NCBI GenBank assembly: GCA_965219415.1
Contig: CBDCNP010000002.1
Span: forward strand, 5,312,001-5,376,000
Source of the DNA: Candidatus Marinacidobacterales bacterium
GTDB taxonomy: Bacteria > Acidobacteriota > Vicinamibacteria > Marinacidobacterales > DATDRI01
DNA: 64,000 bases
Direction of reading: 5' to 3'
This document shows, piece by piece, positions 1-11,282 of this stretch. The notes below the pieces were generated by a model. The model was not told where the DNA came from, did no database searches, and saw nothing but the letters and a program-made list of their open reading frames with translations. Both the position numbers and the translations under genes were made by a program. How positions within the stretch are numbered: position 1 is the first letter of the stretch; each line of letters opens with the position of its first letter.

Positions 1-126
1 TGGATCGTCGGGGTAGAACTTTTGTGCGGTTGCCGGCGTTGTCAAAACAACCAGCAGGAGGGCACACGATACGATAGTCCAAATTGTTGGGTTACAGGAG
101 CCCAGAGTTCTCTTCCGCATGTTCAT
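1..126 (-). CDS. Secreted hypothetical protein, N-terminal fragment (runs off the window)
   Basis: Not in the ORF track. Manual translation gives MNMRKRTLGSCNPTIWTIVSCALLLVVLTTPATA-QKFYPDDP, a clear signal peptide. It starts 4 nt after the stop of the upstream Omp85-like gene. Confidence 0.7.
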   Translation of the reverse strand, partial: MNMRKRTLGSCNPTIWTIVSCALLLVVLTTPATAQKFYPDDP

Positions 127-130
127 CGCC

Positions 131-1361
131 TTACTGCCCGAAGGGTCTTAGCTTGAAGATGTCGCTGAAGGTCCACATGAAGCGCACCCTTTCGTTTCCG
201 TATGCGAAATCGATGCGCATGACCACCGAGTTCTGCACCCGGACGCGAAAACCAATGCCGCCGCTATACCTCATGTCGCTGAAATCGACATCCGACCTCT
301 CGTGCGCAACGGTGCCGGCGTCCGCAAAGAGGGCGACGTCGAGTGCGGAAAAGGCGTACCAGCGGTGCTCCACGTTCACAATGAGGTAATTGTTATCGTA
401 GTATCGATAACGAGCGAAGCTCCGTAGATCGTCGTTGCCTCCGAGCTTGGGCTGTCCATAAAAGGGAACCAGCTGTCCCTCGTCGGCATAGGACAGCATC
501 ACTTTCGCCCGGATCGCGAGGACCCGCGTCTTGTTGAAGTACGGAATGTACTGTTGGAACTCGAACTCGGGCTGCGAGAAGCTGAACTTGTCCAGGCCGC
601 GATCGGAGTACTTGCGGAATCGAGCCGCGTAGAAACCTCCGCTCCTCGGCCCCCCAGGATGGTCCCGGTAGTCGTGTAAAACGAAGCCTGCGAAGTGCAT
701 GTACCACGTGTTCTCACCCGAGGCCGGGAGGATTGAAGACCTCTTCGGTCGAGGGCGTGTTCCTTCCGGTTCCGGTGGCCACGTCTAGAAATCCTCCGTC
801 AATGCCGAGCCGGAAGTTGTTGAACAGCTCATAAGCCGCGTTACCCGCGAAGGCGAGCGTATCGAACGAGTAGCTCGTGCGGTCGTCTTGACTCGAGTCG
901 ATGCCCTCACCGTAGTAGTCCATTTGCGGCGAGCTCTCGAACTTCGAGTAGAGCGTTATATACCCTCTCTCGCTCCTGAGCTTCGGGAAATCGAGCTCCG
1001 CATCGAGCATCCACGCGTTTTGGAGGGTACCGCGGGCGGTGAACCGGTACGCGAGCCGATCGTTCCAGATGTCACGACGACGATAGCCTATTCCGAACGC
1101 CGCACCCTGGCCGGATCGCATCCCTCCCAACACGATCTGGAAACCGTTCGCCCCCTTGCCGTCTGAATCATCCAGGAGCCCTCGTTCCACGAAACCGTTG
1201 ACGATATCCACCATCGGAGACTTACGTTCCGGCCATAGCCGCGCGATTTTCTCGCGTCGTGCCAGGTCGATCTCCTCGGCACGCGTCTTCGCTTGCGCGT
1301 AAAGTGAAGCCGCACCTAGCGTTAACTGTAGCAGCACGACCCCAAAGATTGTGCGTTTCAT
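131..1361 (-). CDS. BamA/TamA (Omp85)-family outer-membrane barrel without obvious POTRA domains, one frameshift
   Basis: ORFs 714-1361 and 131-700 join by removing one G at ~716 (PPGLG-ENTWYMHFAG). It has a signal peptide, an Omp85 loop-6-like LGGNDDLRSF motif and C-terminal GIGFRV...RIDFAYG strands. Confidence 0.75.
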
Positions 1362-1477
1362 CTATTTTAGGTCCCCATCTTGCCGGCGCGGCTCCTTTTT
1401 TTGTTAGCTTATTGAAAGTAAATCATTCCGAATCATACTGATACCATAAACAGCGCCGTTCATTCGATCGCCAACAT

Positions 1478-2313
1478 CTAGAAGACGAGCTCGACTAAAC
1501 CGCGCAAGTCGTAAACCGTCCCTTTCGTGGGCCGCACGACGTTCTTGAAAAGCTGCAGACCCAGATTCATCTGCAACGAGCCCCGTTGAAAGCGCCGCTG
1601 CGCCCCTCCCCCCAATGGGAGATACACCTTCTCGCCCGAGGGTTTGTTCCAATACACGGACACACCATAGGCATGTAGAGCAGATCCCATCTATCCGTGA
1701 GCTTGTACACGAAGAAGGGCTTGATCATCAGCATGTTGACGTCTTTGCGGGCCGAGTCTCCTGCGAACGACCAGACCTGAAGGGCAATGGCGCCCGCGAA
1801 GACCCTCCCGCTCTCGTATTCGTAGTCGAAGCTGGGACCGATCGACCACTTGCCGCTTCCCAGGGTGTCATCCGATGCCGTTGGAAGCTGCGCCGCTACG
1901 CCTGGGGCAAAATGGTGCTTTCCGTGGTGTGGGCTTTTCTTCGAAAACCAAAAGGCCGTGAGAAGATCGTTGATGCCGTTGGCGGCCTCCATTCCAGGCG
2001 TGGGATTTCCCGGCGGTTGGCCCGGAATCGCACGCGGGTAGGCGTTGACTTCGAAATAGCTGATGTTCTTGATTTCGAGGTTCCCCAAGCTCAAGTAACT
2101 CTCGAACTCGAGACCGAGGGTGTCGGCGTCGTCGCCTTCGTCTTTCAGAAAGCTACGAAACAGCCACGTTCGTTGCGAGCCCAGCCGAAACCCGTTGGAG
2201 CCCGACTCTCGTTCCTCGCTTTCGGCCTCCTGAGCCCAGGCAGCGGGATCGACGCTCGATAGCACGAGCGCAACGAGCGCAATCATTGATGCTTTTTGCC
2301 ATGTGCACTGCAC
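1478..2313 (-). CDS. Secreted beta-barrel-like/transporter-like protein, one frameshift
   Basis: ORF 1567-2385 continues into the 1478-1690 frame at ~1668 (LYMP-YGVSVYW). It has a signal peptide, LPTASDDTLGSGKWSIGPS and a C-terminal Phe. GTG start at 2313 follows GAGGAG. Confidence 0.6.
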
Positions 2314-2417
2314 GTCGTTCAGCTCCTCAGAAAGCGAAGTTGTAGCCGGTCGATCTCTCGGCTCGTGTCCCTCGCCCGCCGACAAAAGGCAGGCGAGGGC
2401 CCGAGCTCTTCGTCAAA

Positions 2418-3993
2418 TCAATTGTTCGGCCTCGCAATAGTCTCCAACTCCTGCAATCGCTTCATCGCATCCATCGTCTTTAGGGTCTGGTAGTTGATCC
2501 CCGCGGCGTTCAGGCTGCTGCCCTCTTGGAACGGATAGTCTGGAATCGTCACCAAGAACTCCTTAATCACTTGCTGCACCGGTACGAAGATCTACATGTT
2601 GTCGGCGTACCACCGCAAGTAACCCATGTCGCCTTCGAACATCGCCTGCTCGTACGGATCGGCGCGTAGGTTCACGATGGCCGGCCAGCCGGTCACCTCG
2701 CGGACGGCAGTGGCGATGTTGCCCTTCTGCATCGCGAAATGGATCTTCCAGTTCTCGAAACGGACCGCGTTCAGCTCGCCACCCTGGCTGAAGTAGATGA
2801 TCGATTTACGGGGTCCTTTGTTCACCTCACCCTTGAAGAACGGTAGGAAATTGTATCCGTCGAGGTGCACTCGGAAGTTCTTATCGCCGACCTGATGGCC
2901 CTCTTTCAGCTTTTCCTTGACGTTCGGCGCACCCGCCGCCGCTAGAAGCGTCGGCATCCAGTCTTCCTGCGACATGATGTCGTTGTAGACGGTTCCTGGT
3001 TTGATCGTACCCGGCCAGCGCACCACCGCGGGAACGCGAAAACCACCCTCCCAGGTCGTCCCCCTTCTCACCGTGGAACGGTGTCGTTCCGCCATCCGGC
3101 CAACTGAAGGTTTCGGCACCGTTGTCGGTGCTGTAGATGACGATGGTGTTATCGGCGATGTCGAGATCATCAAGCTTCTTGAGCGCCCGGCCGACCATGT
3201 CGTCGTGCTCCACCATACCGTCCGGATAAAGTCCGATCCCAGTGCGGCCCACCGACGATTCTCTGAGTCGAGTCCACACGTGCATGCGGGTCGCGTTATA
3301 CCAAACGAAGAATGGCTTCCCCTGCTCGTGTGCCCGGTCGATGAAATCCATTGCCGCACCATGGAACTCCTCGTCTACCGTTTCCATCCGTTCGCGGGTG
3401 AGCGGGCCGGTATCCTCGATACGCCCGTCGGCGTAGGCATGGATCACGCCACGGGGACCGAACTTCTTCCGAAACTCCGGATCCCTAGGGTAGTAGTAGG
3501 TCTCCGGCTCTTCCTCGGCGTTCAAGTGATAGAGGTTGCCGAAGAACTCATCGAAACCGTGCGCGGTCGGCAATTGGCTGTCGCGATCGCCGAGATGGTT
3601 CTTGCCGAACTGTCCGCTGGTGTAGCCCTGCGGTTTAAGCAGTTCGGCGATGGTCGGGGCCCAGTCTGGCATACCGTGGGGTGAGCCCGGCATGCCAATG
3701 GTGAGGAGACCGGTCCGGAAAGGATGCTCGCCCAGGATGAAAGAAGCCCGGCCGGCGGTGCAGCTTTGCTGAGCGTAGAAGTCGGTGAACAATGCACCTT
3801 CCTTGGCGATGCGATCGATGTTGGGCGTCTGGTATCCCATGACGCCGAGGTTGTAGGCGTTGATGTTGGACCAGCCGATGTCGTCCCCCCAGATGACGAG
3901 GATGTTGGGTTTGTCCTGGGCGAAGACGGGCGTCGCTACGAAACTCGCGAGAACCATCAACGTAAGACCAAGAACATATTGCTTGTCTTTCAT
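2418..3993 (-). pseudogene. Arylsulfatase (Cys-type, formylglycine-dependent S1 sulfatase) with a frameshift and an internal TAG
   Basis: KPNILVIWGDDIG, SCTAGRAS (CxAxR), GKNHLG and TDNG motifs. Frameshift in a C-run at ~3060. In-frame TAG at 2592-2594 (YADNM*IFVP), after which the frame continues to TGA at 2418. Confidence 0.85.
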
Positions 3994-4104
3994 GGAAACT
4001 CCTTTCGAAATCGAGTTATTCGTAAACACGCTATCCAGTTACAACGAAAACGAAGTGGCTGATGTTGTTCATGGTGCGTTACCTCCTTGTACAGAAACTT
4101 GCAA

Positions 4105-4965
4105 CTACATAGGCATCGTGTAGCTGACATTGAAGCGGTAAGAGTTCTTGACCGCGGGTCCCGGATAGCTCTCGTAGATCAAGCTCGTCTGGTATTCCCC
4201 GTAGATGTTCCAGCTCCCCTTCTCTTTGACGATGACCTTGCCGAAACGAACGCCGATCGGAAAGTAGAACTTGTTGGAGTCCCAGTCGTAGAGAGCGACC
4301 ATGTCCCCGTTTCCGATGTACCACCCGCCTCCGAGCTGGAAGTTCAGGATGGTAGCAATTCCGAGAGGATTGGTATCCGACTTGCCCGGCGGAAGCGCTG
4401 TGGGGTCGATACCCCGCCACGTCTGGGTGAAGAGCAAGCCGTAGTACCAGGGACCGCTGCTGTTGACCGCCGCCGCGGCGAACCCGTGGCCCCACTCGTC
4501 ACGGGCGACATCCTTATTGCCTGGCAAGGTGACGAGCGGGCCGATACCCGTCCGTCCCGAACCCCAGTCGAAAGCGCTGGGAATGATGAGCGCGAAAATC
4601 TCGGTATTGCCGAGGCCCGACTGCCCTTGAGCGTTCTCGTAGTGGCGCAGCGTCAGCCGGGGAAGGATCGTGAAATCCTTGAGAGGTACCGGCGCCATGA
4701 TGCGCGCCTGGATGTAGTCCGTCGAGCCAACGGGCCGCGTCTCACCGTTGTCCAAAGTGTCCTGGTGGTAATCGGGCATCACCTGGTAGGCGAACTGAAA
4801 GCTCCACTGCGTCGCCGTAGAGTCGAGGGCCTTACTCAGCGCGCTCTCTAGATCTTCCGAGCCGCCATCCGCCGACTGGCTCTCCTGGGCGATGCCGGGC
4901 GTGATCATCACAATGACCAGCAGGCTGGATACAGCTAGCGCGATGAGTTGTCGCTTGCCATTCAT
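4105..4965 (-). CDS. Secreted outer-membrane beta-barrel-like protein
   Basis: Intact ORF with AGGAGG RBS and signal peptide. Aromatic/Gly-rich amphipathic strands (FPIGVRFGKV, YRFNVSYTMP). Confidence 0.6.
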   Translation of the reverse strand: MNGKRQLIALAVSSLLVIVMITPGIAQESQSADGGSEDLESALSKALDSTATQWSFQFAYQVMPDYHQDTLDNGETRPVGSTDYIQARIMAPVPLKDFTILPRLTLRHYENAQGQSGLGNTEIFALIIPSAFDWGSGRTGIGPLVTLPGNKDVARDEWGHGFAAAAVNSSGPWYYGLLFTQTWRGIDPTALPPGKSDTNPLGIATILNFQLGGGWYIGNGDMVALYDWDSNKFYFPIGVRFGKVIVKEKGSWNIYGEYQTSLIYESYPGPAVKNSYRFNVSYTMPM

Positions 4966-5006
4966 GGCTCCGATTTCCTCCTGTTTCCTTTTACAAACAT
5001 TTTTCT

Positions 5007-5922
5007 CTATAGGCCCCATGTGTACTGATAGGCCACGAGGACCGAGTTGAAGTCGGCTCCAACGCGCGTCGTCACGCCACTCGCGAATGCGAGCTTCAAC
5101 GTGTTGCGGGGCGCCACCGGAAACGAAAATGTAAGCCCGAGCCGGGTGTTCTTTTGGAAATTGTTGCGGAGCACGCCGTCAATTTTCCGTCTCTCCCCCA
5201 TAGGCGAGGCCGAAATTGAAGGACAGCCAAACGCGAGGTCTCAGAATGCGGACGACGTGACCCTTGACGAACAGGATCGGGTTTTGTTTCACGTTTCTAC
5301 CGCCGAAGAAGTCGTCGTTCTCGGTGAAGAACCACACGCCGTTCGCCGCTTCGAAATACCACTTTTCGAACTTCCGCGAGACCGCGACTTCCGGAAGTAA
5401 GGACCAACGGTTGGTCCCGAGATTGATGAGCCGTTCAGCGTCGTATTGTCCGAGAGGTACGGCCACCTGTAGGCTGGCACCGACGATAGTCCCTTGTTTG
5501 AACTTCGCGAAGTCCGCCGCCTCCATCGCCGGCGAGCCCACGAAATTCACCGCGAAACGAATCCGTGGGTCAGCGAAGCCGGAGACGTCGCGCGTGCGAA
5601 ATACACCCGCGTCGAAACCTTCCCAATGCCCCGTGGAGATAGGCGTCAGGACATCGACTTTGGCAAGGCGCCCTGCCAGGTTGAAGGTCCTCAGGTAGGC
5701 AAGGAGCATGACGTGGAGATCCGCCTCCACGTCCTCGATGGGAAGCGCGACGTGTCGAACAAGACGTTTCCCTGCGAGAAACCGTAGGCGAGGGCGAAAG
5801 CGTTCAGCCCTACCGGGGCGTTTCTGTACAGACGTGGTTCGAGCTCCTGGGCAAATGGCGCGGAAGTCGGAATCATCATTGCCATTCCCAGTACTTCCAA
5901 GAGGTCGCAGTGCGCTTCGCAC
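5007..5922 (-). CDS. Outer-membrane transporter, phenol-degradation MetA-like barrel family, 2-3 frameshifts
   Basis: Stitched from the 5691-6239, 5179-5922 and 5007-5201 frames: QELEPRLYRNAPVG, GFADPRIRF, PLGQYDAERLINLGTNRW, C-terminal AYQYTW. Confidence 0.7.
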
Positions 5923-5926
5923 GAAA

Positions 5927-6292
5927 TCAATGCTCCCACTCCGTCGAGCTCCCCGATGCGGGATCCGAGGGGCACTCGACGAACCGCACCTCTTCGAGCT
6001 GGCCCAGCACCTGAGCGGCTCCTTTGATGGCGTGGTACGTCTGGGAGCCCAGGAATTGGCTCAGCGCCTCTCGGCTGTGCCAATCGCCCATCCAGCAAAT
6101 GAGGCTGTCGTCGCTCAGATCCTGCAGGATCAATCGGCGAAACGGCTTCAACGGTGCCTCCGCGACGAAGGAGCTGAGGGCCTGGATCACCTCCTGACGT
6201 TTGTTGGACGGTACTCGCACCATCAGCCTCAGTGTCCATAGCGATTCGCTCAATTCGTCTTTCCCGTCAGGCTCGAACTTGGTCCCAGCCAC
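5927..6292 (-). CDS. Antibiotic-biosynthesis-monooxygenase-like small dimeric alpha-beta barrel protein
   Basis: 121 aa with an ABM-like pattern (DWHSREALSQFLGSQTY). First gene after the sigma54 promoter. Confidence 0.55.
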   Translation of the reverse strand: MAGTKFEPDGKDELSESLWTLRLMVRVPSNKRQEVIQALSSFVAEAPLKPFRRLILQDLSDDSLICWMGDWHSREALSQFLGSQTYHAIKGAAQVLGQLEEVRFVECPSDPASGSSTEWEH

Positions 6293-6304
6293 CCCTGGGC
6301 CTAT

Positions 6305-6321
6305 CGCACAATCCCTGCCAG
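6305..6321 (-). promoter_or_regulatory. Sigma54 -24/-12 promoter
   Basis: Minus strand CTGGCAGGGATTGTGCG matches GG-N10-GC. It lies just upstream of the operon and next to a sigma54 activator gene. Confidence 0.7.
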
Positions 6322-6419
6322 CTCCGGACTCCTGGCCGATGTTTCTCCAATTGATTGATGTGGAACGGGTTAACGGTTTGATCTAGGCGAGCGACCCAAG
6401 CGAGGCGAACCGTCCTAAT

Positions 6420-6454
6420 CCACGGTATGTTGTGGGGGCCACGAAATGTTGTGG
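6420..6454. promoter_or_regulatory. Tandem palindromic enhancer (UAS) pair
   Basis: CCACGGTATGTTGTGG (6420-6435) and CCACGAAATGTTGTGG (6439-6454), both CCAC-N8-GTGG, 19 bp period, 100-135 bp upstream of the -24 box. An IHF-like CATCAATCAATTG lies between (~6348-6360). Confidence 0.65.
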
Positions 6455-7756
6455 GGAAGGTAGCCGACCGCTAAGCCGGCTTAGGCGGTCGTTCGATCCT
6501 GAGTTTTCGCATCCGGAAGCGCAATGTGTTGGGATGAAGCCCAAGAAGCTCGGCCGCTCCTTTCTGGCCTTCGATGCGCCAGCCGCTGATCTCCAATACA
6601 CTACTGATGTACTCTCGCTCGACCCTTTCGAGACTCCCCCGGTACGTGGCAGCGGTGGCACCGTCTTCGGCAGCAACGGCACTCGGCGTTAGCCGCTCGG
6701 CCAGATGAAGCGTGTTGTCACGCGTCGTGATGACCGCGCGCTCGATGACGTTTTCCAGCTCCCTCACGTTGCCGGGCCAGTCATAGCGCATGAGCTCGTC
6801 CATCACCGGCTGGGGGATTTGATCGATCTGCTTACCCTGCGTGCGGGCGAATCGCCGAACGAACGCGTTCACGAGCGGCGGGATATCATCCGTTCGCTGA
6901 CGCAGAGTCGGGACGGTAATCGGATAGACGTGCAGGCGATAAAAGAGATCTTCACGGAAGCGACCCGCATCGACTTCCTCCTTCAAGTTACGATTGGTGG
7001 CCGCCAGCACGCGGACGTCCACCTTGATGGTCGCTTCGCCCCCGACTCGCTCGAGCTCACCTTCCTCTAGGACTCTCAAGAGCTTGCCTTGAAGATCGAG
7101 CGGCAGTTCCCCGATCTCGTCGAGAAAGAGCGTGCCACCGCTGGCCAGCTCGAAACGTCCCTTGCGCAACCTCATCGCTCCGGTAAAGGCTCCGCGCTCG
7201 GGCCCGAAGAGCTCCGCCTCGATCAGATTTGCGGGAAGGGCGGCACAGTTGACCTTGACCAGCGGACGCTGGCGGAGGGCCGTGTTCGTGAATCGCTCTT
7301 GCCACGAGCTCCTTACCCACACCGGTCTCACCCTCGATCAATACGGTGGTGTCCAGTGGTGCCACTTCTTCGATTTTCTGGAGCACATACTGGCTCCCTT
7401 CGCTCTCTCCCACGATGGTGTCGAAGTGTCCAATGGTCGTTATCTCGTTCTTAAGGTAGATAACTTCTTCTTCCAATCTCCGCTTCAGGGCCTCGACTTC
7501 GGTGAGCGCTTTCTGCACGTCGTTCAACGCCCGGTCCCTGGCCGCTTCGGCTCTGCGGCGCTCCGTGACGTCCGCCCCGATGCTCAACGTGCCGGTGATC
7601 TCACCGCTTGGCGCTCTAAGAAGCACACTTCTCCAGATGACCAGACGCTCATCGCCACCCTTGGTGATCAGCGATGCTTCCTGGAGGCGTCGCACCCGGC
7701 CCTCGAGAGCCTCTTCGAAAGCGAGCCGCAGCTCTTTCTCCCGGGCCGGTAATAAC

Positions 7757-9216
7757 GGGGATGTCCCGGCCGCTGTTGAATTTGGTCGGGTAGCGGCGGC
7801 ACCTGTGAATACTCTTAGGCAGCAAACTCATCGCTGTCAAGAGATTTCTGTTTGCTTCTAAGCGCGTGAACGAGAGCGCCCATATGGCGATAGCCTTTGA
7901 TACGCCGGAACTTTTTCTGCGCGGTGACGACGCCAAGAGCGGTCCATCGGCGAACCATGGAAGGACTCTTCCAACGCTTGAGGTTTCTCGATACTCTGCG
8001 AATGGTTCCGTTGAGATTCTCAATGGCGTTCGTCGTGGCAAGAGACTGGCGAAGTAAGGCGGGCAGCGCGAGCTTCACGACCGTGAGTGTCTCTTCCATC
8101 CCTTCACGAAGGCTTCCGGCAGCTTCGTCGTAGCCGTTTCGCTCGAGCCACGACACCAATGCCTGAAGTCGCTTGCGCGCCTTGTCGGCACTCTTGCACT
8201 TGTAGGCTTCCTTCATCGTCTGGAGTACGTAGGCGTGACGAGACTTGGGAAGGTACGAGCGAAGATTCCGGAGTTTATGGATCTGGCACCTTTGGATGAC
8301 CGCGAGGTCCCCCAAAACGTCGACGAGTGCCTTGCGGATGCCTTTGCCTCCGTCCACTACGCAGAGAATCGACTCATCGACGCGCAAGCCCCGCTCGAGA
8401 AGGTCCTGCAACATCGCGGTGCACACCCGAGAGTTCTCCGTCGAGCCCAGCCATATACCCAGGGGCACCTTCGTTCCATCTATTGTGATACCTAGAGTTA
8501 CGACGACGGTCTGTCCGGCCACCTCAAGGCCATCCAGCATCAGTGCCGCAAGCTCGAACTCCTCTAGCCGCCGAGACAGGTATTCCTCGAGCTTCTTAGT
8601 CGTCTGGCTCACGAGGTGACGGCTGGCGGCACTCTTACTCGTGCCACGAGACTTCAACTTGGCCGCGGGTTTGTTCAGACTCGATTCGTAATTTCGGGTC
8701 GATACCCCCACCAAGATCTGATTCAACACTCGCTCTGGAAGCGGGTCTTCTTCGCGGAAGGCTTCGAAGTGTGGAAGCGACGCCTCCTCGCCCGACTTCG
8801 AGCGAACTCGAGGTCGCGACACTTGGATGCGACGACCACCGAAGCTCAGCTCTCCGTTCGTGCTCCCCCAGTGGTTATGAGTTCGCTCCTTCTCGTGCTT
8901 GCCCTTGAGCCCCGCGATCTCCTCGGCGTCCTCTCTGAGCAGTAGGTGCAGAGCTGTCAGTCCTTGCTCGTACACCCATTCCGTCAGTTCCGCCTTCGTG
9001 GCCGCGATCCCAGCTATCATCGGTAGCAGTATCTGACCGACTTGGCCAACTACCTTGCCCGTAGGCGAGTGCGTTTGCTTTCTTACTGGCTTCTTTGATT
9101 TCCTAGGCATTGGTGGCTCCTTGTCCCCCTCTGGAGACGGTTGTTTGGCAGACCTATTCTTAGGCCGGCCAAGGAGCCGCCGCTACCCCAAATTCAACAT
9201 CCGGCGGGACATCCCC
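7757..9216 (-). mobile_element. IS256-family insertion sequence, 1460 bp
   Basis: Imperfect ~40 bp terminal inverted repeats GGGGATGTCCCG...TGTTGAATTTGG..GGTAGCGGCGGC. Perfect 8 bp target duplication GTAATAAC (7749-7756 and 9217-9224). Confidence 0.95.
7815..9110 (-). CDS. IS256-family (Mutator-like) DDE transposase
   Basis: Intact 431 aa. [25 protein letters not shown] and TTNAIENLN motifs. Confidence 0.95.
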   Translation of the reverse strand: MPRKSKKPVRKQTHSPTGKVVGQVGQILLPMIAGIAATKAELTEWVYEQGLTALHLLLREDAEEIAGLKGKHEKERTHNHWGSTNGELSFGGRRIQVSRPRVRSKSGEEASLPHFEAFREEDPLPERVLNQILVGVSTRNYESSLNKPAAKLKSRGTSKSAASRHLVSQTTKKLEEYLSRRLEEFELAALMLDGLEVAGQTVVVTLGITIDGTKVPLGIWLGSTENSRVCTAMLQDLLERGLRVDESILCVVDGGKGIRKALVDVLGDLAVIQRCQIHKLRNLRSYLPKSRHAYVLQTMKEAYKCKSADKARKRLQALVSWLERNGYDEAAGSLREGMEETLTVVKLALPALLRQSLATTNAIENLNGTIRRVSRNLKRWKSPSMVRRWTALGVVTAQKKFRRIKGYRHMGALVHALRSKQKSLDSDEFAA

Positions 9217-11282
9217 GTAATAACTCCCCGATCGGCTTACCGATGAGCTCTTCAGCCGAAAATCCGCTAACGTCTGTGAAGAACGGGTTGACGTAATCGA
9301 TTCGCCCCTCGCGGTTCACGCCCGCGACCAGCATCTCCACGTTTTCGAGGAGCGAACCCCAACGACGTTCGTTGGCCTTCACCTCCGCCAGCCACCAGCG
9401 TCGATGCTCGTGCCACGTCGCCTGCCAACTGGTAACTCATGGCCAAGGCGACCGCGAGATAGCCGAATGTATAGAGATACGGGATCTCTACTAACCCCAA
9501 GTCGACTACGATGCCGGTCACCAGCAACAAAACAAGGTAAAGGAGAAGGAGAAGGCTCCCGCCTAAAAACCAAGCGCTCCGGTGCTCCCTTCGACGCGAA
9601 AGCCGCAGCGTGCCATCTACCGTGAGTGCGATGACGCCGACGAACGCGATATCCGTAAGAACTCTCCGCAGGCTGGTCGTTCCCACCGCGGTTACGAAGG
9701 ACTCACCCCAGGGAAGGACCACCTCTCGCAAACCCGTCATCTCTTGGTAGAGGAAACCGTACGGTAAGAGGGCATTAGCCACCGCGGCGAAGAGGAAGAC
9801 GGCGACCAAGCTCAGAGCTGGCCGGCGCCGGGCAGGCCAACCCCCGGTATAGACCACGATGAATCCAATCAGCGCCATGAGCCAAATGGTATTGAAACCG
9901 TTGGACCATCTGAAGGCCGCATTGAAGGTTTCTACCGTCGTGGCCTGGTAGAAAAACGCCTCGGCGACGGCGTTTGCCGCGGCGCCAAACGCGGTGAAGG
10001 TAAACAGGAGGTGTACCTTGGGTCCAGGCTGTCGCGCGTAGATGAAGCCCGTGGGACAAGCCAACGGTCACCAGGGCGGCCGCGGCGACGAACTGAGCGA
10101 TGATGAGTGGACCCATTGATGTCAGCCAATCACAGAACGTACCGTGTTCTCAAATCCCCCCTCATGAATACTTGACGAGGAGTCTTTTTACACTTTCCGC
10201 CCGGTCGGTGGTACCCGGAAAAATACGGGTTTTCAGTCGAGACCTCCGATGAGGCCGCCAAGGCGTTGAAAATAATAAAGTTAGAGGAGGAAATGTCGGT
10301 CCCGCTTGTTGCGTCAATGATCCGCAGGCCAAAAGGGAGACTTGCACTCATGCCCTTGGACACCTTATAGAGCGACTATGCTGCAGACCCGATTTCTCCC
10401 AAGCCTAGGCCTCCTCGTTTCGTTAGCCACCACAGGAAGCGCTTTTGCTCAGTCAACAAAAGAGCCGCAGACTTTCCTGAAGACGCACGCCGGTTTTTCC
10501 GAGGAAGATCTCCGAGCGATCGAGCAAGGGAGCGTGATCGTGAAAACGGTCCGCACCCCCTCGAAGGAAGAAGTCACCATCGTGGGGGCCGCTCTTTTCA
10601 AAGCTTCCACCGCATTCTTCCTAAGGATGTACCGGGATATCGAGCGCTTCGAAAGCGGGTTGGGGCCCTTGAAGAAGTTGAGCGATCCGCCCCAAGCAGA
10701 AGATTTCGCGCCCTTGACCTTGCCCGACAAAGATTTGAAGGACTTGGCCAAATGTCGCGTCGGCGATTGTGATCTCAAACTCGGAGAGGAGTCTATCGCG
10801 CGTTTTCAGACGGAGGTGAACTGGTCGAGCCCGCAGGCGCACCAGCAAGCGATGGCTCTGGTTCGCGAGCTCGGGTTGCGGTTCGCCCGCGCCTACAGCG
10901 AGGGGGGCAATCAGGCGTTGGGAGTCGACCGCGACAAGAAAAAACCGACCTTTATTCAGGAAGAATTCGAGGGACTACTCGAAAACTCACCGTACGTTCT
11001 GAACTACATCCCGGAGCTTCACGAGTATCTCCTCGAATACCCCAAGGCGGAGCTTACGGGATCCACCGACGACTTTCTTTATTGGGCTCTCAACGATTTC
11101 GGATTGGAACCGGTACTGAGGCTCAGCCATGTAACTATCTACCAGCCCGAGTCAGGGGACAATGCCTCGGCCGTAATTTCCTCGAAGCAGCTATATTTCA
11201 GCCGGTACTTCCACACTGGGCTCGATCTCCGCTTCCTCGTCCAGAACGACGACGATCCGAGCGACGAAAGCTTCTATTTAGT

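Larger units (their letters stand above)
6471..10116 (-). pseudogene. Sigma54-dependent activator (multi-TM sensor + PAS + AAA+ + Fis HTH), interrupted by IS256 and frameshifts
   Basis: [32 protein letters not shown] and a C-terminal HTH. Removing the IS and one target repeat restores the frame ([16 protein letters not shown]). Extra frameshifts at ~10048, ~9390 and ~7278. Confidence 0.85.

Noticed and set aside
714-716. TGA in the Omp85-like gene as possible selenocysteine
   Set aside because: The protein continues in a different frame, with no Cys context or SECIS. It is a one-base indel.
2592-2594. In-frame TAG in the sulfatase as possible pyrrolysine or readthrough
   Set aside because: It is one base from TGG (Trp fits NMW), lies away from the active site, and the gene has another lesion. 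A nonsense mutation or read error is simpler.
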